From positions 496,001-560,000 of the forward strand of contig NW_003314297.1 of the NCBI RefSeq assembly GCF_000143415.4: a stretch of 64,000 nt of DNA, in the 5' to 3' direction. A program made the translations under genes and the position numbers. The notes below the pieces were generated by a model. That model was not told where the DNA came from, made no database searches, and was given only the letters and a program-made list of their open reading frames with translations. The stretch is from Selaginella moellendorffii (lineage: Eukaryota > Plantae > Lycopodiophyta). Positions 1-10,173 of the stretch are shown here, piece after piece; positions within the stretch are counted from its first letter, which is position 1, and each line of letters starts with the position of its first letter.

Positions 1-1036
1 CACCCACAGTGCCCGCTTCCTCCAATGCGCGAAGAGCTTTCCTCGTCGATACTCTCGCGGTGGTACGTGAAACTTATGGGATTTCTTCTCTCGCTTTTCT
101 AACTCTAGCTTCTCCCATTTTCTCCTAGATGCGAAGGCTCGAAGCTCAAGAGCTCAACCAGAGGCAAGCTGAGGCTATCACCGCCGTTGTGACTTCCGTG
201 TTGAATGATAGCCTGGAGAGCGTAGCACACTCGTACACGTCCAAGACCGACATGCAAAAGGTGTGTATGGACTAGTTCTTGCTCGTATAGCTCTGACTTT
301 GTTTGCGTGTCTCTGAAACACAGTGTGAGATGATGCATGACGCGTCGCTTTCCAAGTTCAAGGCTGAAATGCAGAGTTCTTTGGTACGTCAGTAAACAGC
401 TACTGTGACGGTTTTTTAAGCTTCGTTTCATATGATGCGTACAGGAGCACCACTTTGCTACCTTGCAGCGTGAATCGGAGAGGCTCCGGACGGACATGGA
501 GAAAATGAGAAGCGAGTTGAGGTAGTAGACAGATTCGCGTTTTTGATCGAGCTCTCATGCTCGTGATGCAGATACGAAATAGACAAGGTACAGGCAAACC
601 AACGCCTTGATTTGAACCTGGAAAGGGGGTAAGGTATCTATTGTTGTAGGAAAACTCCAGGTTTCTCTAGCGATATAACAGCGATATAAACCTGTATGAC
701 TTGTGCTCGGTGTGTGTGACACAGGCATATAAGGGACGAGTTGAACAAGCAGCAGGCTGAAACATCAAATTTAACCAACAAACTAGACCGGGTGAGTATT
801 TTTTGTTTCTCTTAAAACGAGTCACAGGGACAGAAAACTGATAGAGGATGTATACAGGAGATTCACGGTCTCAAAACTCAATTGGAAGCAGGAAAGTACG
901 AAGTAATCAAGTACTGCATAGGTAAGCCAGCGGATCTTGCTATTTGTACGGTGGATTCATGTTCGTGCTTGTGGTTGCAGGAACAATTGTGTCTATTACC
1001 GCTGTTGGCCTTGGTTTACTGCGGATTATAATGTGA
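1..1036 (+). CDS. DUF1640 / CCDC90-MCUR1-FMP32-like mitochondrial coiled-coil protein, multi-exon, 5' end outside window
   Basis: Spliced translation across GT-AG introns: RRAFLVDTLAV / MRRLEAQELNQRQAEAITAVVTSVLNDSLESVAHSYTSKTDMQK / YEIDKVQANQRLDLNLERG / GTIVSITAVGLGLLRIIM-stop (TGA 1034-1036). Resembles plant DUF1640 proteins with a C-terminal TM helix. Not in the ORF track because of splicing. Confidence 0.85.
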
Positions 1037-1205
1037 ACATTCAACAATTTAATCATTCATTTCGTGTTGTCTAAGAAAGTATGCCTAAGAACAAAAATAA
1101 TGTTTTAACTCCTACCACCTTTTTTGTTTTTTTAGTCGCGCTGCTTGATCTTTAATCTGCTGAATTCGCATTGGTTGTCGATGAGCTTTGGCTTGGAAGT
1201 GTTGG

Positions 1206-2135
1206 CTAAGCCACCCTGAGTTTCTTCACAGCTGGATGGCTAGAGTGTTGTTGTGGAGTGAATCTCTTCCTTCCACAACAAGTTGTGATATTGGCAGGAG
1301 TAGCCCGTGTGGTGCTACAGTTCTCTAGAATCCAAGGATGATTGATCACTCGATCTAGTGTCAATCGCTTCCTGGGATCCAAATCCAGCATGCCCATGAT
1401 CAGATTCTTCGCCTCTGGCGACAGATTGGCAGGCCACTGGAACTCCCCCTCGCGCAGCAAATGCATCTCCAGGTTCGATCGCTTGTAGCCCTTGAGGAGT
1501 TCGTATGCGATCACTCCAAGCCCCCAAACATCCACCGCCTTGGTGTAAGACAGCCCATATCTCTCGACAAAGATAAGCTCGGGAGCCATGTACTTCTCAG
1601 TCCCGCAGCTCTGGCTCATCTCTCTGGCATCGTCGGTCGCCACTCCAAAGTCCCCAATCACTGGCCTGATCGTGCTTGCATCTTGCAGCTCGGTGAAAAC
1701 GTTCTCCAGCTTGAGATCGCGATGGACAACACCACTCGAGTGGACGCCCTGGAGTGTCTCCGCCAGCTTCTTAACGATCTCGGCTACCTCCTCCTCGCTC
1801 AGTGGCCCTTTCATCGCTAGATCGCGCAGGCTATGGCCACAAAGTTCCATGACCATCGTTCCAAAGCAACGCCCGCCAACCTTCCTCTCCCTCCTCAGCT
1901 CCCGGAGGAAGACAACTCCAGGAATGGGGCGAAGCTTGTCCAAGATCCTTGTCTCCCTCTCGGCACAACTCTCCGACTTAAACATCTTTCCTGCGTACCT
2001 ATAGCGGTTGTGGGCTGCGTCGCTCAGCAAGTAGACCTGGCCCTGTCCTCCATGCCCCAACTTCTCGTGTCTGGTGTACCACTTGAGAAGCTCGCCACAC
2101 TCGTCGTCTCTAAACTCGCCATCCTCGAGCGCCAT
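1206..2135 (-). CDS. Intronless Ser/Thr protein kinase (CAMK-like)
   Basis: GHGGQGQV Gly-loop, AGK catalytic Lys, HRDLKLEN, DFG, CGT..YMAPE, DVWGLG. ATG at 2135. Basic C-terminal tail (GRKR...KKLRV). Confidence 0.9.
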   Translation of the reverse strand: MALEDGEFRDDECGELLKWYTRHEKLGHGGQGQVYLLSDAAHNRYRYAGKMFKSESCAERETRILDKLRPIPGVVFLRELRRERKVGGRCFGTMVMELCGHSLRDLAMKGPLSEEEVAEIVKKLAETLQGVHSSGVVHRDLKLENVFTELQDASTIRPVIGDFGVATDDAREMSQSCGTEKYMAPELIFVERYGLSYTKAVDVWGLGVIAYELLKGYKRSNLEMHLLREGEFQWPANLSPEAKNLIMGMLDLDPRKRLTLDRVINHPWILENCSTTRATPANITTCCGRKRFTPQQHSSHPAVKKLRVA

Positions 2136-2715
2136 CACGTCTTCTCCTTTTTTTTCGCTTGGTTTAAAGAAAACCTAGCTTCCCACAACAGCTTTATACT
2201 GAGGGTAAAAAGTGATCGCGAAAAGGCCATTAGTTTTACTAAAGTAACAACTAAAAAGTTCAGTAAAAAGCTAGTTCAATCTAAAATTATAATTTTGTTA
2301 TTATAATAAAATTACATAATTATTATTATGGTGTTGTATACTATATTTATCCCATATTCAAGATGAAAATTAGAATATATCACTCTCAAATTTTATTTTA
2401 CCATTTCTTTAATATTACTTCTTTTCAATTATTTGTTATAATGTTCATATAAAGTATCATGTTTTATATAGTATATAGAATATTTTCAAATTCAGTGTAT
2501 TTGGTGGAGCTATGATGGTCCTTATACAAAATTGGTATTTGATGTTTTCAAAATTACTTTCAGTATATTTTTATTTTTGTTTGCTGTTTTAATAATATTT
2601 CTTTCTAAAATTATTGTGGCTAAAATTATATCATCAAAATTTCTTTTACATCATGTATTCTCCTTAATTTTTTAAAATTTATTAATAAAATGTAATCACA
2701 TTTTAAAAATTTGTG

Positions 2716-2860
<145 letters not shown>

Positions 2861-3036
2861 CTTATAAACCATTTAGTTATTGTGAGATGTTTTTTCGGAA
2901 TAAAAAAATTCTAGACTAATATAAAACAACCATATTCAAATTACCTTTAGTCTTTAGGAGGGAACGCAAAACACTTTTGAATAACTGTAATACTAATGCT
3001 TAGTTTTTAATAATAGTGGCATATGTAACATATAAG

Positions 3037-3117
3037 GTGGACGTGCCAGAGTGGTTATTGGGCATTACTAGAAATCATGTGGGCTTGCCCGCCCAGGTTC
3101 GAATCCTGCCGTCCACG
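3037..3117 (+). tRNA. tRNA-Ser(AGA), possibly degenerating
   Basis: GTGGACG...CGTCCAC acceptor stem, anticodon loop CTAGAAA (AGA at 3070-3072), long variable arm, GGTTCGAATCC T-loop, T-run ~20 nt downstream. Mismatches in the anticodon stem (CATTA/TCATG) and T stem (CCAGG/CCTGC). Confidence 0.8.
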
Positions 3118-3446
3118 AATGTCTTGACAATCTTTGGACTTTTTTATTTGAGTGCTGGTCATGTTCTTCAATATTTGTTTCTAATAAAAAGTTTAATAGC
3201 TCTTCCAATGTACAAGATCAGGACAAGAAAGGAGAAAACCAAAGAAAAAGGAAAAGAAACCAGAGCAACGCTTGTTGCGCATTTCCGCCTGGCTTGGAAC
3301 AAATATTATTTTCTCTCCGCTCTTCCCACAGAGCAGCATTCCTATGTCGGTGAAACAAAGAAGCACTTGAGCCATGAAGAAGATTAACCAAACGTCCTAG
3401 TAAGAACCTTGAAAGAGCTTGCTACATTGCTTTCACTTCGCTCGCG

Positions 3447-4040
3447 CTAGTAGCCCGACGACGGAGGCGGAGGAGCCTTGTACACCGGAGAAGGAGTCGG
3501 AGGCTTGTAAACCGGAGTGGGAGGCTTGTAGACGGGAGAAGGCGTGGGAGGCTTGTAAACCGGAGCTGGAGTGGAAGGAACCGTGGGAGGCTTGTAAACC
3601 GGAGCTGGAGTGGAAGGAACCGTGGGAGGCTTGTAAACCGGAGCTGGAGTGGAAGGAACCGTGGGAGGAGCCTTGTACTCTGGAGCCGGGTACGAGTAAG
3701 ATGGAGGAGACTTATACTCTGGAGCCGGGTACGAGTAAGATGGAGGAGACTTATACTCTGGAGCCGGGTACGAGTAAGATGGAGGAGACTTGTACTCTGG
3801 AGTGGGATAAGAATAAGATGGAGGGGACTTGTACTCTGGAGCCGGGTAAGAATAAGATGGCGGCTTATACCCTGGACTTGGATGCGAAAAGTATGGGAAT
3901 GGAGGAAGCGGCGGGAAGTGGAGCCAGTCGAGCGTCTTCTGCTCTTCCAGGGGTCTCGCAGCAGAAACAGTTAGTCCACATGAGGAGATTCCAAGGATTA
4001 CCAGGACCGCTAGCAGCAGAGGAGACGAGCGCTCTCCCAT
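3447..4040 (-). CDS. Extensin-like hydroxyproline-rich cell-wall glycoprotein
   Basis: Signal peptide (LLLAVLVILGISSCG). 39-bp tandem repeats encode YKSPPSYSYPAPE (YxY motif) and VYKPPTVPSTPAP. TATA-like element at ~4140-4145. Confidence 0.9.
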   Translation of the reverse strand: MGERSSPLLLAVLVILGISSCGLTVSAARPLEEQKTLDWLHFPPLPPFPYFSHPSPGYKPPSYSYPAPEYKSPPSYSYPTPEYKSPPSYSYPAPEYKSPPSYSYPAPEYKSPPSYSYPAPEYKAPPTVPSTPAPVYKPPTVPSTPAPVYKPPTVPSTPAPVYKPPTPSPVYKPPTPVYKPPTPSPVYKAPPPPSSGY

Positions 4041-5023
4041 TGCGAAGAAACGAGCGTGAGAGTGTGCCCGCGTCCCGAAACCTTCACTCCTCCTCCTCCT
4101 CTTGTGCAGATATCTAGAGCTCGCCCTGTGGCCCAGGATATATAAACCGAAAGCCGCCTGGATGGTAATTAAGCTCGTTTAATGAACTTTCGTGAGCGCC
4201 GCTGTATTGCAAAGCACGACCGCCGTAAACCTCGAGAGCGATGGAGTGCAGCTGGAAAGCGAGAAGAAACGAGGCAACCATGTCAGAAACGAAACCAAAG
4301 ATGGGCCTGCATGCCACTGGAATGTGTGCGGTAACTTTGCACCTACTGGCGCTAATGGACGACCAGTTAGCCGAGAGGACATAAAGTCCGATTGGCTGGC
4401 GCCACGCAGAGGACAATTCCCTGGCGCCGTGTATGTGGATCCGCATAAAGGATGTGGACCCAAGGATGAATTCTCTTGCAGTCCATCAATACCCCGTTCT
4501 TCATGGATTGATCTGCACCATAGAACACATTTGGTTGTTAGTCATTCTGGCACAAGTAGACGAAGCTTGGTGTCATGTCTCAACTACCGTTAAAAACTCA
4601 CAGCGTTTATGCACTGGAAAGCGCCCCAGCAATCCATCCATCCAGCAAAGATAACTGGAACATCAAAACAAATTGCTTACACCCCTTGTTCTTGGTCTTT
4701 CCTATTGGCCCTGCAAGAGAGTGAATGCAACCGTCAGCTCAACTCACTTCACATGGAGGAAAAGAGGATAAATTAAAAGAGTGAGAACCAACCAGAGTCA
4801 GTAGCAACAGCGGCAGCACTCCGAAGTAGTAAACTCATATTCCTTACCGGCGGAATACGGGCAATCCAAGGAAAGAAGCACCGTCAGACCAGGCAGTATT
4901 ATTTACAACCGTAACCATAGTTTTCACAGTGTCTCACAAATGCCTGTGATGAAATGAGCTCCACGCAATCACACAGCATTAGATGACAGCATATATAGAC
5001 GGATTGAAAGAGACGGTACTCCC

Positions 5024-6161
5024 TTAAGCAGTTTGAAAATCTCCAAACTCGTCCTCGCATTCACTTACAGTGTTCTCTAGGCTACTTGCTTTAGTATCAT
5101 CTTTTGTCAGAGATTCTGAAGGGCCCAGTGGAAAAGATGGCCAACCAGTTGGAGCCTCGGAGGATTTCAGAGATTGCGCATCCGTGAATGTGGACTTTCC
5201 TGCAGCTTCGCCGCTCGGCTATACATGACACCCGATTAGTTACAAGAAACAGACAAAAATATTCTAAGCATGTTTACCTTTTTCAAAGACAAGCGGATCG
5301 TTTCGCCGCTCTTCAAACTGTAATCAACCGCGGGCTTGGTCTGGTATTCTTGTTCCAATTCTTCCGCTTGCTTCTTCTTGTTCAAGTAGCTATACCATGT
5401 TAAAGAAACCGGCAGAATTGTCTACGTAAAGAAAGGATACTTCACATGATCATAAAGAGCAGCTTCGAAATCGTAGGCTTGTGGCCTCTCTCTGAATCCT
5501 ATCCCGATGAACGCGTGCCGAGACTTCCCACCTACATGCCAGTACAAATAGTCAGCTGTCTCCTTCACACAGCTGCACTTAACTGGAGTTGTCCTCTATC
5601 CGCAGCACAAAGTACCTGTAATGACACAAAAGCTAGAACACAATGAAACAAAAAGAAAAAGAAACACTCTAAGAAGTATGCTTATGTCGTCATTGTAACT
5701 TCTAACAAACCTGCTGCTGTCGATGACACGCTCAATAGGCAAAGGCTCGTCCTTGCGCACGGACGCCTGTGCATAGAGTTCTCCTACAAACACACGCCGC
5801 ATTAGTTGTGTTTCAAGTAAAGCGCTTCCACCTGAAGTTTTATCTTCCAGTCTTATGGTGCACTCTTCACCCTTGCTGCAAATTTTCATAGCTCCTTCCC
5901 AAGCCCACTTGTTGACATCCCACTCGTCTGCTCTGCAGAGAGAGAGATTTTTTATTTTATTTTTTTAAAACAGGAGTTGGAAAAGTACGTGATAGTTTTA
6001 AGCAAAAGAAGGAAATGGTAAAATGCTATTCACCTGTAAGAAGCAGCGGATCGTCTCGGAGGTATCAAGTAGACATAGCATTCCTTGGCGTGAAAAAGAA
6101 CGAGCTCGGTATTCTCAACCAAATCGTCAGCCGGTTCTAAAGTAGTTACGTCCTTCGGCAT
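5024..6161 (-). CDS. NECAP-like adaptin ear-binding coat-associated protein (DUF1681/PHear), multi-exon
   Basis: Spliced translation ELVLFHAKECYVYLIPPRRSAASY / RADEWDVNKWAWEGAMKI...LEDKTS / GELYAQA...VIDSSR / HAFIGIGFRER, ending EDEFGDFQTA-stop. Canonical GT-AG introns. Confidence 0.88.
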
Positions 6162-6552
6162 TTTAATTCTTCCAGCAAGATCACAGCCAAGCCACTGCAA
6201 TCATAAAGAAAGATGTCACAATGCCAAACACACCACGCAGCAGCGTCATATAGCTTCTACTAATTCTCTCCTTTCCAGCGAATTCTCTACAAAACCTCTA
6301 GGTTCTACTTCCAGAGGCCCGAAATCGTGGAACAGCGAATTTTTGCGTGGATCAAGCGCAAGAAGCATTTCTAAGCTGTGGCGCTCGGATCACACGAAAT
6401 TCTAAGCTGCACAGCCCGATGGGAATGGCCAGATTGCTTACCACGCGCGCCCAACCCTCGCTCTCTCTGTTTTTAGGGCTCCTCGAGGCACTTTTCCTCT
6501 TTTATGACCTTACACCTTTTTCCCTCGCAAAGCTCATTTGTAACAGATTATT

Positions 6553-7964
6553 TTAGGGTTCTAGGCTGTAGTTTTGGCGATTGAGGACGGCGATGTGAGG
6601 TAAGATCACCGATCCCAGCCACAGCTTGCCATCGCGCTCCTCCACCTCGCTGACGTGCTTCACGACCTTGCCCTCTCGATCTTCCAGGATTTCGAGGAGC
6701 TCCCCCTGGGCGCTGTAGCGCGCGACCATGCCGTAAGATCTTCCCATAAGGTAGTAGAACGTGTACTCAAGAGGGATTGGAATGCGCAGCAGGAGCGTCT
6801 TGAGCCGAGGATGGCTGGCCAGGAATTCCATCCGGCTGCTTCGACTGTACATTGCGACCCAAAACTCGCCCCTTTCGTTGAGCCGGACGTTGTCTGGATT
6901 GCCCGGAAGCGTCGTAAAGACATCCGTGGTTCCAGCTTTTGGGCCTTTGAGCCAGTAGCGAAGCAATCTGGTAAGATACATCGCGTAAGCAATCTTCTCC
7001 TTTTCTATAGCTTCCACTTCTTCTTTTTTTTTCTACCTTGCAGTGATGGATTCCGCTATCAAGATGAAGGAGCTATCGTTGTTCACCGCGATTCCATTTG
7101 GAAACCGGAGCTTGTCGAGCACCACGATGGTTTTCTTTGACTGAGGATCATACCTCAGTAAACGGCCAGTGTTATCCCCCTCGAGCACTGAAACAAGGTA
7201 CTGTCTGCGCTTTTTTTTTCTCGCGCTTTAAAGAGAGAAGAAATAAGAGAGCTTTGTTACCTTCTTTGATATCTCGTGCTTGTATCAGTGAAATATACGA
7301 AGCCTTTGTCATCAAAGTCGACATCGTTGGCGAACTTGATCTTCTGGCCATTTACTTCGTTGGCCAGGACCTGTGCCTGGCCTCCCTCCGAACCAACGAC
7401 CATCAAACCCATGTAGGCATCGGCAATGTAGAGCTTTGACGAGCTTTTGTTGAATCTCAGGCCCAGTGGACGTCCACATATGTGTTCCTGCTTGAAGTAC
7501 ACGATCGGGGGATTCCGGGGATCGCACTCTCTGGTCCTGTTTCAATCCATCATCAGAGGTAAAAAGTGATAGAGAAACCTTTTCTCGTCTTTCTTCTCCC
7601 ACACGTACCTATTCGCAGACGTCGTTGCAAACTCCCTCCAGCCAACTTCGGAGCCTTGCCACAGAAGCACACGTCCGTCACTCACGCCAGTGTATGGGCC
7701 TCGTCCTTTGGAATCAAAGGCAATGCTCTCGGGTCCCAGGAACTCATTCTCGAACCGCAGCATAGCTCCCAGCAGCCGGTTGCTCGGATCCTTGAGCATG
7801 GTGGCGGCATTTTGGACTGGCGGCTCCACATACTTTGCCTGAAAGCTGGGGATCTGCCTCACGAAGCTGAGACGCAGCGGGTCCATTGCGACGATCACGA
7901 CGAGCAAGCCGCACAAAGCCCGGCATGTTACGAGCGTGTTTCTCTGGAGCTTCTCAACAGCCAT
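6553..7964 (-). CDS. Strictosidine synthase-like (SSL/APMAP) beta-propeller protein, multi-exon
   Basis: N-terminal TM segment; GPESIAFDSKGRGPYTGVSDGRV, CGRPLGLRF, YFTDTSTRYQRR, LPGNPDNVR, SEVEERDGKLWLGSV. Confidence 0.93.
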
Positions 7965-8943
7965 CTACTGTCAGCTTACACACGCAGACCTCGGTGAGGC
8001 GATATGCTTCGAAACTCGGTGAGTTTTTCTCACGGTTTTTTCGTTTTTCGTTTTTGGATTTCCACTTTTCGCGTGTGTTTTTCGGCCTTGCAGGCTGCAA
8101 GAAGACAGCCGGCATCTTTTCATGCGAAAAGATGGTGGGCAATTTTACAATCACACGGTGGGTGGTTCATTCTTTTTGCACTGTCTGACATGAGGAACAT
8201 ATCCAGGTACTTGTTTATGGCCCCAACCAAGATCCCGCGAGAGCTCTGGTGGACCTACTATACAAAATCTCTTCTCTTCTGTTTTCTCCAGGGACACGAT
8301 TTTGACCAGTAGGTACTTTTCGCAACACGTCTTTGCTTCGAAACCCGCTGCTAGAACTCGAAATAAAAACGATTCATAAGCTGAGTAACCTTGCATGCGG
8401 AGTCTCGCTGCTGATCTCGAGACAACGTGACGGTAGAGTAGAGCACTTACAAGAATTACTTACAATTTAAGAAAATTGAAATCCCTCGGAGTCCAGAACA
8501 TGAGAAAATAAAACAACATATAACGTGCAGTGATGTTTAGAAAATCGGCTATGGCTGACGAAACAGTTGACTTTACAAGTCTGGCTCTCTCTCTCTCTCA
8601 CAAAGGTAATTAATAACATATAATTTGTCATTTTCAGCAAGGAAATTCATCCGAAAGTGTTGATGAAGCCTGCATGCTTTCACTTCGAACTCTCCAATAT
8701 GCCGCCCAAACTTCCTGGGGTCTGAATGCTGGTCGTGTCTGCATGAAGCATATCCTCCACAAACTGGCATGTCCTGCATCACAACGATGTCCCTCTGAAG
8801 CAGCGAAATCCACAGCCGTAGAATCCCAGCTCCTGGAATCCAATCTTACTTGGCAGCCATGTTTTAAATCCTTTGGCGCCCAACTAGATACATAGGAGAC
8901 TGAATGTTTTCCATTAAAAACAATCCACCAGATTGTTGTATTT

Positions 8944-9297
8944 TGCAAGGATATAGAAGTAACAAAGTCTACATAATTGGAGAAGTAATCCAAAGCTGTT
9001 CTTTAAGTAGGGTTCTATTGCAGGAGAGCTTGTATGGGCCATGCAGCTTTATTTTAAGTGCTTCTGACTGGTATGTTATTTCACTTTAGAAAACCACTGA
9101 GCTTGACTTCTTTGATCAAAATAGATTTTTATCGTACAAGTCAAGCTTTTGGTGTGTTCAAGTGAATTAGCATACAAGGAGAACACACTGAGATATGGGC
9201 CATACAAGCTCTCTTGTGAGAGAGATATATACCCGTACAACAACTCTGGACTACTTTACAATCATGTAGATTTTTTTGCTTCCAGATAGATATTGCA
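8944..9297. ncRNA. Long imperfect foldback (~350 nt): candidate pre-miRNA / hairpin RNA
   Basis: Nested complementary blocks around an apex near 9122: GAAGTAACAAAGTCTACATAATTG / CAATCATGTAGATTTTTTTGCTTC; GAGAGCTTGTATGGGCCAT / ATGGGCCATACAAGCTCTC; GTATGTTATTTCACTT / AAGTGAATTAGCATAC; AGCTTGACTT / AAGTCAAGCT. No credible ORF overlaps it. Confidence 0.55.
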
Positions 9298-10173
9298 TAC
9301 CAGTCTAACTCACCAAGATTAAAAGCTCACCATGACACCAGGATTCCCCAAACACATATGTGGCAAGCATTACGTTCGAGCACATTATATCTTGTTAATG
9401 AATCTTCTGAAAGCCTTGCAGGGATTCCCTCTAGACCACTTTGTGTTAAGGCACTGCATTCCAGGTTTCTGCTTTGGGAATATGCTGCGAGCTTGGCATT
9501 ATCCATAAAACGGGCATAGAATTGATTCAATCAAGCCCAGCTCCATATTATATACACTTTCAATATCAAATCCCAGGAGAAGGGGATAAAGCGAGTAGTC
9601 TTTGTTCACATCTAAGATCTTAAGCTTGCAGTGAAGCCCTTGAGATCCCTGATGTATAGCTTGTTCAGATTCATCAGTTAAAATTTATCAAAATGAGTGT
9701 ATTGAGCATAAAATACTACAATATTCTTTTGTTAATTTTATATTATCAGTTTTCTCCAAAGTGCATTGCATAGCAAAAGGTGCTAAGACAAGAGTCCCTT
9801 ACATAATTTGTTCTTACAATATATATAATTCCTGATGCTTCATGTTTCTTTACTAACGCCCAACATAGTTATTTCTTCTTGGTATGTTCTTGTTCTTGTT
9901 TTTCTTTTATATTCAGGAAGTTCATACGTTTGAACCCGTTTGGGAGTGGATGCGTAACTCCCCAATGTAAAAATCACTACGGTCAGTTTGTCTCGGCTTG
10001 CGAAGCTGCATTGCCGATCTGTTGTGCCGCGCAGATTCTCATTGTGTGCTTTGATCTTGCAGGAATATCACAAATCGCAAGGGCTGGGGCGAAATATTTC
10101 GACCCAGAGGTAGTAGATCCACTCTGTTTGATTTGTAGTTTTGGGTGTACTATGCTCTATAAACAAAAACTCT

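Noticed and set aside
3016-3387. 123-aa ORF
   Set aside because: Overlaps the tRNA-Ser gene; no protein features.
3419-4117. 232-aa + strand repetitive ORF
   Set aside because: Antisense shadow of the extensin repeats.
4676-4850. Minus-strand splice-like signals downstream of the NECAP stop (possible 3' UTR introns)
   Set aside because: Short motifs only; not supportable without transcript data.
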